The position numbers and the translations under genes are program-made. A DNA stretch of 47,285 nt from Deltaproteobacteria bacterium (GTDB taxonomy: Bacteria; Omnitrophota; Gorgyraeia; Velamenicoccales; Velamenicoccaceae), in NCBI GenBank assembly GCA_050258015.1, contig JBLMXZ010000093.1, positions 1 to 47,285 of the forward strand, in the 5' to 3' direction. The notes below the pieces were generated by a model. The model made no database searches. It was not told the DNA's origin and was given only the letters and a program-made list of their open reading frames with translations. Each line of letters starts with the position of its first letter. The stretch's first letter is position 1. Below, in pieces: positions 1 through 12,000 of this stretch.

Positions 1-3000
1 GATCCGCGCCAGGTCTTCCTTGATCTTGACGATCTCCTGCGTGTTCGTGCGGTACTGGCCGATGTGACGTTCGCGGCTCATCGACTCGTCGTTCGTCTCG
101 CTCTTCACGATGGCATCCAGGCGCTCGGTGATCTGCGCGCCGATGAGGCGGGCCGCCTCGAAGTAATCGGTGTTCTTGAGGCGTTCCAGCGCCACCTCGG
201 TCTGCTTCCTGAGGCTCGCCAGCTCGTTCTTATCGACGAACCAGATGTCCTCCACCTCGACCTCAAAGAGGCGCGACTCCAGCGGCGCCAGCTCCACGCC
301 GTCCGAATAGACGTAGTAGATGGACTTCTGCGAGTCGTATTCGAGGGTCAGGCCCGCCAGGTCCATGATGTCGCCGGGCTTGACCTCGGCCGGCAGGTAC
401 ACCTTGACGGGGACCGTCTGGACCCTGGTGCTCGACGGGTTGGCCACGGCGATGCGGAATTTGACGCTGCCGGGGGCCAGCGACGTCGAGACGACCGGCG
501 TATCCATGCCGCCCAACTTGGCCTCGAACAACTGGGACAGGAACTTGATCACGCCCGAGATCGCCTCGGTCTTCGACTGGATCTCCTTGATCGTGGGATT
601 CTCTCCGAGCGCGTCCTCGAGCATGCTCTGCAGGTCGATCCCTTCGGAATCGCCGACCAGGGTCTTGAGGCGGTCGGCGACCTGGTTGAGCAGCTTTGCC
701 TGGCTGCCCTTGTCCATCTGCTTACCCAGCAGTTCGGGCAGCTCTTCGACGCTCTGCTGCAGGTTCGTCAGGGCGAGGCCGATATTGACCGCGTTGTCGC
801 TGACCAGGACGTCCTGCAGGGTCGTCACCGCCTCCAGGACCTTCTTCGAGGCGCGCTCCGCCTCGGGGGCGGCGGCGGCAAGACCCGCTATGGCCGTGAT
901 CGATGTCGACTCGACCGTCCCGGAACCCGACACAAGGCCTCCCGTGATCGGCTCCGTGATGACATAGGTATAGGCCTTGCCCGGCGTGAAGACGCCCGTA
1001 TCCGCCTTGAGTTGATCGTACACGTAGAGACCGGTCTCCTTCTCGGTCATCGGCTTCTCGATCAGGATGGCCTTGTTGTCGTAATTGTAGACGCTCAGCA
1101 CGGGGGTCAGACGCGTCGGCCCCTGGCAGCTGAAGGTCAGCAGGTCCCCGGGCAGGGACGGGTTGGGCGAGACCGTCGCCTTCCAGGAGTACCTCTTGGC
1201 CGTGGCCTCCAGGTTCTCGCCGGCCTCAACCGCCTTGGTGGCGCCCGTCTGCAGCTTGCCGATGGCCTCCTGGGACTTCGTCTCAAAACTGGACAACGTC
1301 GCGTTGACGGTGCTGACCATCAGGTTCGTCTTATCGGTGATGATCTGTTGCTGCTGGTCCATCTTCGTCGTGATCAACTGAGTCTGGGTCTCCATCTTGG
1401 AGGTGATCAGCACGGCCTGGGTATCCAGCTTGTCGGTGATCAGGTTCTCCTGGGTATCCATCTTGTCGGTGATCAGCGTCGAGATGCCCGTCTGGAAGGC
1501 GGGCAGCGTGACGTCGCGCATCTGCTCGACCGCCTTCTGCGTATCCTGCAGACGCTGGGCCTCGGTCACCTGGAAAGAGCCGGGGGTCTTGAAGACCGCG
1601 CCGCTCGCGTTGGTGATCTTGGTGATCGTGCCGTAGGCCTTGCCCGACTGCAGCGTCGTCGGCGTCCATCTCATGTCGAAGAAACCGGCGGCGTTGGGCG
1701 AGTTGTCCGACACCGTCTGGATAAGGGTGCCGCCGTCATAGATCTCGACGGTCACGTCCGTCGCGCCCGAGACGACGAAACCGTCGCGCTCCAGCCACGA
1801 GGTGACGTTCAGGGCGTCCGACGATGTCGAGGTGGACGGCTCATACGCAAAGTCGGAATACGCGCGCCATATGTGGACGGTCGTCGTTTCAAGGTAGAGC
1901 GTGAACGCCTGGTCCGTCTTGCCGTCCTGGAAGTCGTAGTTCAACGCCTTCTCGCCGTAACCGGTCGCGACAAAGCTCGTCGTGTAGAAGCCGTACGGCA
2001 CCTCGTGGACGACGGGCGAGGTCAGCCCCGAGGCCTGCCAGACGATGTTCTCGGTGCCGGTTATCTTCTCCACCGCCGAGAGGTTCGTCAGCGCCTCGTT
2101 CGTCAACAGGTCCCGCAGTTCGAACGTGATGGTGTAGTAATCGATGGTAAAGGCCGCGTTCGAAACATCGTAAACGCGCGGATCGTTGACGTCCGAGACC
2201 CGGACCCGCACGCTCGCCGAGCGGTCGTCCGGGACGAGCCAGTCATAACTGCCGTCGTTGGGCGTGGAAGCGATGATCGTCTGGACGTCGGAAACGAAGT
2301 TGTCCTTCGAGTATTCGAGTTTGACGTCGGAGATAGTGCCCGCGTTGGTCGCCCATGTGATCGGCCGCGTCTCGAGGGCGATCCACCGCTCCCCGCCGTT
2401 GGGCGCGGTCACGGCGAAATCGCCGCGGATGGTGAAGTCCGCGTCCGACTCATCGTTCGTCATCGCGTCGTTCGGGTCCTCGATGCGCACCCGCGCGGTC
2501 AGGCTGATGGCGTCGGGTATGGTCCAGCTGTAGCTGCCCGTGTTCTGCGCCGGGTCCGCCTGGGTAACGATCGTGTTCGGATAGGTCGCCCCCGAGTCGG
2601 TCGAATACAGGAGCTTATAGCCGATGGTGCCGCCCTTGACCCAGGTCACATTATGCGCCGTTGAGACCACCCACTCCTCCCCGCCGTTCGGGGATGTCAG
2701 CGTGAAGAAGCCGCGGATACGGAAGTTCGCGTCCGAGGTGTCATAGACCGTATCGTCCGAGGTATTCTCGATGCGCACGCGGGCGCTGGGCGTCGCCGTA
2801 TCCGGGATGAGCCACGAATACGAGTTGGTGTTGCCGGTCGAGGCGACGATGGTGTTGGGATACGTCGCCCCCGAATTCATGGAGTACAGCAGCTTGACGT
2901 TGGCGATGGTGCCGGTCGTCACCCAGGTGATCGCGCTGTTCTGGTTGATGAGCCACAGCTCGCCGCCGTTGGGCGCGGTGATCCTCAAATCGCCGCGGAT

Positions 3001-6000
3001 CTTGAATGCCGCGTCCGAGATATCGTAGGCATCCGTATCGCCGATGCTCATCACGCGCACCTTGACGTTCGTCGATATGGAATCCGGTATGGTCCATGTG
3101 TGGGCGCCGTCGTTCGCCGTCGAGGCGATGATCGGCACCGCCGCGCCGAAGTCATTGAGCGAATAATCGAGCTTGACGTTGGCGACCGTCCCCACCGTCG
3201 ACCAGGTGATGTCATGGCTTTCCGCAACGGTCCAGACCTCCCCGCCGTTGGGCGCTTCCAGGGTGAATTTCGCGCGGATCTTGAGCGCGCTGTCCGAGGC
3301 ATCATAGGCCGTCGAATCCGCCAGGTCGCTGACGCGCACCTTGACGTTGGCGCTGATGGTATCCGGGACAGGGTCCCACGTCCAGACGCCGTCGTTGGGC
3401 GTCGCCGCGAGGATATACGGATACGTCGCGCCGCCGTCGACGGAGTATTCGATCTTCACGTCCGGCACGTTCGCCTGGGCGCTGGTGCACGTCCAGGTGA
3501 TATCGTGGGAACTGCCGACGTCCCACATCTGTCCGCCGTTGGGCGCGGTAACCGTCAGCCCCGTGATGATGCGGAAGTCGGAGCCCGACACGGCGTTGGC
3601 CCCCGCGTCATTGGGATCGGAGACGCGCACCTTGACGGTGTTCGAGATGCGGTCCGGCACGGTCCACGGATAGGAGCCGCTGTTCGCCGCCGCCGCCGCG
3701 ATCGTGTTGATGTCCGTCAGGAAGTTGAAGCGCGAGTATTCGATCTTGACGTTCGGGATGCTGCCGATCGTCGTCCAGGTGATGTTGTAGGTGGAGCCGA
3801 CCTTGTAGGTCTCCCCGCCCAAGGGCGCCGTCAGGATGACCGTCGCCCGGATGCGGAAGTTCCCGTTGGACACGTCGAAGGCCTCATCGTCGCTGGAATC
3901 CGCCACCCGGACGCGCACGCTGCCGGAGACGTTGTCCGGGACGGTCCAGGAGTAGGTGCCGATATTGCCCAGCGACGTGACGATGCCGTTGGGATACGTC
4001 GCCCCGCCGTCCGTCGAATAGGCAAGGTCCGCGAAGTTGATCGTCCCGCTCGTCGACCAGAGGATATCGTGGCTGGAGCCGACGATCCACGCCTCGCCGC
4101 CGTTGGGCGAGCTGATGACGAACGTCCCCTGGATCTTGAAGTTGGCGTTCGAGGCGTCCGTCACGGTCGAGTCGTCGTAATTCGTCACGCGCACGCGCGC
4201 CTGTGTCGTGATGGCGTCGGGGACCGTCCACGCGTAGGTGCCGGCGTTGGGCGTCTGGTTGATGATGGGCACGTAGGTCGCCCCGCCGTTGTCCGAATAC
4301 TCGAGCCGCACGTTGGCGATGGAGCCCACGCGGTCCCACGCGATGACCTGGCTGGAGCCCACGTTCCACTTCTCGCCGCCGTTGGGCGCGGTAAGGGTGA
4401 GATTCCCGCGGATCTTGAAGTTATTGTTGGAGATATCCCACGCGGAAGAATCGTTGGCATCCGAGACGCGCACGCGGCACGTCGTGGAGATGGTGTCCGG
4501 GACCGTCCACGGATAGGTGCCGTTGTTGGCGACGGAGGCCACGATCTGGTTCCAGTCCGTCCCGGCATTGGTGGAATACTCGAGCTTGACGTAACCGACG
4601 GTGCCGAAGGTCGTCCACGCGATATCGTGCGTGGTGCCGACGATCCATGCCTCGCCGCCGTTCGGGGCGGTGAGCAGGAAGGCGCCCTTGATCTTGAACG
4701 CGCCGTCTGAAACGTCCGACGCGTCGGTGTCCGTCGAATCCGTGATGCGGATCTTGACGTTCGCCGATATGGAATCCGGCACGGTCCAGGGGTATGTCAG
4801 GGCCGCGGCCGGCGTGGCATTGACGATCAGGTTCGGGAAGGTGGCCCCGCCGTCGGTGGAGTACTCGAGCTTGACGTTGGCGATGGAGCCGCTCTTGGTC
4901 CAGATGATGTCCTGGGCCGTGCCCACGCCCCATTGTTCGCCGCCGTTGGGCGCGGTGACGTTCAGCGTGCCGTGGATCTTAAAGACCGCGTCCGAGACAT
5001 CGACCGCGTTCGGATCGCCGATGTCGTAGATGCGCACCAGGCACTGCGTCGATATCGCGTCCGGAACGGTCCAGCCGTAGGTCCCCAGGTTCGTCTCCGA
5101 GTTCGAGATGACGCTCCAGTTCGTGCCGTTGTTCTTGGAGTATTCGATCTTGACGTTGGCGATGGAGCCGAAGGTGTTCCACGTGATGCTCTGGCTCGAG
5201 CCCACCGGCCACTTCTCCCCGCCGTTGGGCGCGGTGATCGTGAAACCGCCGCGGATGGTGAAGTTCGCGTCCGAGAAGTCGAAGACCGTGGCGTCGCCGG
5301 CATCGGCGATCTTCACGCGCACCTGGATGGACGGCCTGTCCGGGATAACCCAGTTCAGCGTCTGCAGGGCCGCATTGACCGACGTCGTGATGTTGTACGG
5401 ATACGTCGCGCCGCCGTCCGTCGAATAATCCAGCCGCGCGTTGCCGATGGAGCCGTTCTTGACCCACGTGATGCTGTGGTTGGAGTTGATGAGCCACACC
5501 TCGCTGCCGTTGGGCGCGCTCAGGATCAGGTCGCCGCGGATCTTGAAGTTCGCGTCCGAGGCGTCGAAGACGTTCGTGTCGTCCACGTTCGTCACCTTGA
5601 CGCGCACGGACGAGGAGATGGCGTCCGGCACACTCCACGGGTAGTTGCCGGTAGCGGCCGCGGTCGTGGCCACGATGGCGTTGGGATACGTCACGCCGCC
5701 GTCGAGCGAATAATCGATCTTGACGGCGGTGAGCAAGGTCCCCACGCGCGTCCAGTTGATGGACTGGGTCGTGCCCACCGGCCAGACCTCTCCGCCGTCC
5801 GGGGCGGTCACGGTCAATTTGCCGATGATCTTGAAGTCCGCGGCCGAGACGTCGTTGACGGACGCGTCGGTCGTGGCCGAAACGCGCACCCGGCCCTGGG
5901 TCGTCATGTTGTCCGGGACCGGGTTCCAGGTATAGGTCCCGCCCGCCGCGGCCACCGAGGCCGCGATCGTGTACGGGAAGGTCGAGCCGCCGTCGATGGA

Positions 6001-9000
6001 ATACTCAAGCTTGACGTTGGCGATAGAGCCGGTCCGGTTCCAGGTAATGGGATGCGAAGAACCCACCTCCCACGCCTCGGTCCCGGCGTTGGGCGACGTC
6101 AGCTCCAGAACGCCCATGATCTTGAAGTTGGCGTTCGAGATGTCGTTGACCGTCGAATCCGTCGTATCCACGACGCGCACGCGGGCCAGGTTCGAGATCG
6201 TGTCCGGGATGGTCCACGGGTAGGTTTCCGCCGAAGCGTCGGTGGAGGCGATGATGGTGTTGGGATAGGTCGAGCCGCCGTCGATGGAGTATTCGAGCTT
6301 GACCGTCGGGATGGAACCCGTGCGCGTCCACGTGATGTCGTGCAGCGACTCCACCGCCCACTGCTCGCTGCCGTTGGGCGCGGTCACGACCAGGTTGCCG
6401 CGGATCTTGAAGTCCGCGTTCGAAGTATCGAAGACCGAGGAGTCCGTCGTGTCCGTTACCTTGACGCGGCACGTCTGGGAACGGTCGTCGGGGATGGTCC
6501 ACTCATAGGTCCCCACGCCCGCGCCGATGGACGCGAGGATCAGGCTCGGATACGTCCCGCCGCCGTCGGTGGAGTACTCGAGTTTGACGTTGGCGATGGA
6601 GCCGGTCTTGGTCCACAGGATGTTGTATTTACTGCCCACGATCCACGCCTCGTTGCCGTTGGGCGCCGCGACCGTGATGTTGCCGCGGATCTTGAAGTTC
6701 GCCTCCGAATCGTTGTAGGCGTCGGTGTTGTTCGCGTCCGAGACGCGCACGCGCAGGCTCGAGGAGATGACGTCCGGGACGACCCACGGGTAGGAGCCCG
6801 TGTTGGGCGTCGAATCGATGATCGTGTTCGGGAAGTTCAGGCCCGAATCCGTCGAATACTCGATCTTGACGTTCGGGGTGGAGCCTATCTTGGTCCAGGT
6901 GATGTCGTGCGAAGAGCCCACGACCCAGACCTCGCCCCCGTCGGGGGAGGTCACGTCGAAACGCGCCTCGATGGAGAAGTCGGCGTTGGAGGTGTCGAAG
7001 ACCGTCGAATCCGAGGCGTCCGCGACGCGCACCCGCACCGCGTTGGAGACGGCGTCGGGGATCGTCCACAGGTACGCCAGCGATCCCGCGGGCGTGGAGG
7101 CGACGACCGGGTTCGGATACGCCTGCCCGCTGTTCGTCGAATAATCGATCTTGACGTTCGAGATGGAGCCCGACATCGTCCAGCTGATGTTGTGCTGGGT
7201 CTGGACCCCCCACTGCTCCCCGCCGTTGGGGGCCTGGACGGTCAAGACGCCGACGATCTTGAAGTTGTTGTTCGACGTGTCGGTGATGGTCGAATCGGTG
7301 GTGCTCGTTATCTTTATCTTCATCGTCGCGTTGATGTGGTCCGGGATCTGCCACGGGTAGCTGCCGGTGGCCGCGTCGGTCGACGCGATGATAACGGTGT
7401 CGTAACTCGTGCCGCCGTTATCGGAATATTCCAGTTTCACGTTCGAGACGGCCGAGCCGTAGCGCGCCCACGTGATGTTCTGGGTCGTGCCCACGCCCCA
7501 GGCCTCCCCGCCGTTGGGCGTCTGAAGGACCACGTATCCTTTGATGAAGAAATTGGCGTCGGACTCGTCCGTTACCAGCGAATCGTTGACGTCCGTTATC
7601 TTGACGCGGACCTGATCGCTGATGGCGTCCGGCACACTCCACGGGTAGGTCCCGGTCAGGCCGTTCGTCGAAGCGACGATGGTGAACGGATACGTCGACC
7701 CGCCGTTCGTGGAATACTCGAGCTTGACGGGCGTGACCGAACCCGCGCGCGACCAGGTGATGTTCTGAGACCCGCCGACGACCCACTCTTCCGTCCCGTT
7801 GGGCACGAGCAGGGTCAGCCGGCCGCGCACGATAAAGGTCGCGTCCGAAACGTCGGCGACCGTGTCGTTCGTCGTGTCTTTGACGCGGACCTTCATGGTG
7901 TTGGTGATGGCGTCGGGGACCGTCCAGTCGTAGTTCTGCGGCACGCCCGAGGCGCCGGCCGCGAGGGTGACGATGTTGACCGTGTAGTCCTCGGTCGCGA
8001 ACGCGTTGGTCGAATACTGCAGCCGCACCTGCGCGAACGTCCCGGTCGGGGTCCAGGTGATCTGATGCGGATCGCCGACGTACCACTCCTCGGTGCCGTT
8101 GGGGGCGTTCACCAGGACCTTGCCTTTTATCTCGAAGACATTGTCCGACTCGTCCCATACCGCGGAGTTGGCGGCGTCGCGCACGCGCACGCGCACGTTG
8201 GTGCCGATGCGGTCCGGGACGCTCCAGGAGTAGCTGCCGTCCGTCGCCGGGACCGTGGCGATGAGGTCGCCGCCTGCATAAGCGCCGCCGCCGACGATGC
8301 CGCCGTTCGTGGAGAAGTGCAGTTCTACGTTCTGCACCGCGCCCGCCTTCGTCCATGTGATCGCGTAGGCGTCACCCACCCGCAGCGAGATGCCCGTGGC
8401 GGAAGGCGTCACGAGCGTCACGGAACCCTTGACGATAAAGTTATTGTCGCTCTCATCCTTGACGCTGCTGTCCGCCGCGTTCTCCACCCGGATAAGCCCC
8501 TGGGTGGTCAAAGGCGTCGAGCCGCTGATGGCCCAATCCCATGTCCCGAGCGACGCATCGACGGCAAGGGTATTGAGCTTGGTCCAACTCGTCCCGTTAT
8601 TGGCCGAGTAATAGATATTAACGGAAGCGATGGAACCCGTCTTGGTCCAGGTGATCGGATACGTCGAAGCCACGTTCCAGGACTCGGTGCCGTCGTTGGG
8701 CGAGGTGACGGTCAAGGACCCTTTTATCTTGAAGTTGCCTTCCGAATCGTCGTAGGCCTCGCTGTTGTTGGGATCCGAGACCCTGATCTTGCAGCTGTTG
8801 GAGATGGCGTCCTGGACCGTCCACGGATAGCTGCCGGTATTGCTCGCCGCGTCCGTTATCGTCGTCCAGCTCGTCCCGTTGTTGGTGGAATATTCTATCT
8901 TGACGTCGGTGATGGCCGAACCCTGCCGCGACCAGGTGATGTCGTAGTTGGAGCCGACGATCAGTATCTCCTGGTCCACCGGGGCCGTGACCGTGAAGTT

Positions 9001-12000
9001 GCCGGCTATCTTGAAGACCGCGTCGGACTCATCGAACACGATGGACTCGTTATCGGCATCGGCGATCTTGATCCTGCAGGTATTGGAGACATGATCCGGG
9101 ACGGGGTTCCAGGCCCACAGCGACACGGATTCCGCATCGACCGTGGCCAGAGGCGTGACGACATAGCCGCTGCCGTAGTCCACGTAGATGTTGACGTTGC
9201 CCACGGTGCCGGTCTTGGCCCACGTGATGTTCTGGGACGTGCCCACGGGCCAGTTGTTGCCGCCGTTGGGCTGCGATACGGTAATGCTGCCCGCGATGCT
9301 GAAGACCTCCGAGAGGCCGTAGACGTTGGGGTTGACCGTGTCGACGATCTTGACGACCACGTTGTTGGAGACGTTGTCGGCCACGCCGTTCCAGTTCGCC
9401 TGGCCGAGGGTCGCGTCGACGTTGTTGGCGATGGTCTTGTCAAAAGGACCCGAGACGCCGTTGGTGGAGTAAAGAAGGTTGACCAGGGTGACCTTGGTGG
9501 AACCGCCGATGTTCCACTGAACGCCGTTGGTATTGTTGGAGCCGACGCGGATGACGGCGCCCAGGCCCGGCGCGGTCACCGTTATCTTCGGCCGGATGGA
9601 GAAGGGCGCGACCGAGACGCTGAAGACGTCGTCGTAGTTGTTGACGTCCGAGACGCGGACATAGCAGGTCTCGGAGTTCAGGTCCGCGACGCTCCAGTCG
9701 TAGGAGTTCGCCCCGGCGGTATGGCCGCCGTGGTTGGCCTCGATGGTCGCGTAGGAGCCGGCGAGCGAGGTCTTGTACTCTATCTTGACGTTGGTGACCG
9801 TACCCGAGGCGTCCCAGGTGATCTGCTTGGTCTCCCCCTTGTACCAGATCTGGCCGGACTCGGGGGCCGTGACGTCGAGGCCGCCCAGGATCGACAGGGC
9901 GTCCGAGGTGTCGCGCACGACGGTCGGCTGGTGGTCGGGGTCGTAGACGCGGACCTTCAGATTGCTCGTCAGGCTGTCGGGCAGGTTGGTCCACTGGTAC
10001 GACTGCTGGACGCCGGTGGCGCCGGCCGGACGCGTGACGTTCAATAAATAGGTAGCGAAGTCGTCCTTGGAGGCCTGGACCTGCACGTTCGTGTAGGTGC
10101 CGGTCGGGGTCCAGAGGATGTTCTCGTTGGTGCCGACGGTCCACTTCTCCGTCCCTGCCGGCGCGTCGAGGGAGATCTGGCCGATGATCTCGAAGGTATT
10201 GTCCGAGACGCCGTAGGCCTCGGAGTTGGCCTTGTCGACGACCTTGATCTTCATGTGCTTGCCCACGATCAGGTTCGGGATGTCCCAGTTATAGGATGCG
10301 GGCGTGGCCGGCACACCGGCCGCGGTCGTGATCTCGTTGGGATACGTCGTGCCGTCGTTGGTCGAATAGTAGATGCGCACGTCGGAGACGGGCCCCGAGG
10401 TCGACCAGGTGATGGCATAGGGGTTGCCCGTGCCGTAGGTCATGACGATGTTGTCCGCCGAAGGCGTCAGGACCGTGATGGCGCCCTTGACCATGAAGTT
10501 CTGGGAGACGCCGTAGACGGTCGTGTAGGCGCCGTCGACGATCTTGAGCTTGGCGCCGGTGGCCGAGAGGATGTCCTGGTCCGTGGGGATGTTCCACTGG
10601 TAGGTGTTGGCGCCGGCCGAGACCGCGTAGCCGGAGGCGACGGTGTAGGCATAGTTGTCCGTGCCGCCGTCCTTGGAGTACTTGATGTTGACGGTGTCGA
10701 TCTTGCCCGTGACGTTAAAGAGGATGTTCTGCTGCGACCCGACGGCCCACTTGGCCGAGGAGGTCGGGGCCGTGACGCTGAGGGCGCCGTGGATCCAGAA
10801 GTTCGAGCTCTCCTTGGCGGTGGCCGGCTGCACGGGGTTGGAGGCCGTCAGGCGGACCTTACAGGTCGTGGCCGCCGTGGTCGAAGGCACGGTCCACGGG
10901 TAGATGCCGGAGTTGGTGGCATTGCTGGCCAGGGTCGACCAGGAGGTGCCGTTGTAGAACTCGACCTTGACCTCGGTGACGTCGGTGCCGGTCGGGGTCC
11001 AGGTGATGTCGTAGGCGTCCCCGGAAGTCAACGGCGAACCGTCGGGCGTCAAGAAGGCGAAGCCGCCGATGATATGGAAGACCGCGTCGGACTCATCCAC
11101 GACGACCGTGGGGTTGTTGACGGCGGCGATCTTGATCTTGCAGGAGTTCGAGACCTCGTCCGGAATGGGGTTCCAGGCGAAGACCGAGACGGTCTCGGCG
11201 TCTATGGGCGACGGGTTGATGGGCGATATCTCGTAGCCCGAGCCGTAGTCCACGTAGATGTTGACGTTGCCCACGGTGCCGGTCTTGGTCCAGGAGATGT
11301 TGCGCGAGGCGCCCACGGGCCAGTCCTCGTTGCCGTTGGGGGCCTGGACGGTGATGCCGCCGACGATGTTGAAGATCTCCGACAAACCGTAGACGTTGGT
11401 ATTGATCGTATCGGCCACGCGCACGACGACCGTGTTCGAGACGTCGTTGGCCACGCCGTTCCAGTTCGCCTGGCCGAGGCTCGCGTCGACGTTCGAAGCG
11501 ATGGTCTTGTCAAAGGGACCCGCCACGCCGTTGGTGGAGTAGGCGATGTTGACGCTGGTGACCTTGGCCGAGCCGTTGCGGCTCCACTGCACCGCATTCG
11601 TGTTGTTCGAGCCGACCCTGATATTGGCGCCGAGGGCCGGGGCCGAGACCGTGATCAAGGGCCGGATGGCGAAGGCCTCGGCCGAAGTCCCGTAAACGCT
11701 GTTGTTGGCGTGGTCATAGACGCGCACCCAGCAATCCTCGGAGTTCTCGTCCGGGACGGTCAGCGGATACGAGTTCGCGCCGTCGGCGTGTCCCGTGTCG
11801 TTCGTCACGATGGTCTTGTTGAAGGAATCGCCGGAGGCGGTCTTGTATTTGATATCGACCGCGCCGATGTTGCCGGTCTCGGTCCACGTGACCTCCTTCG
11901 ACTGCCCCTTGACCCAGACGGTCGTCGCCCCGCTCGGCTGGACGTTCGAGATGCCGCCGATGACCTTGAAGGCGCCCTGGGACACGTCCGACACGGGGAT

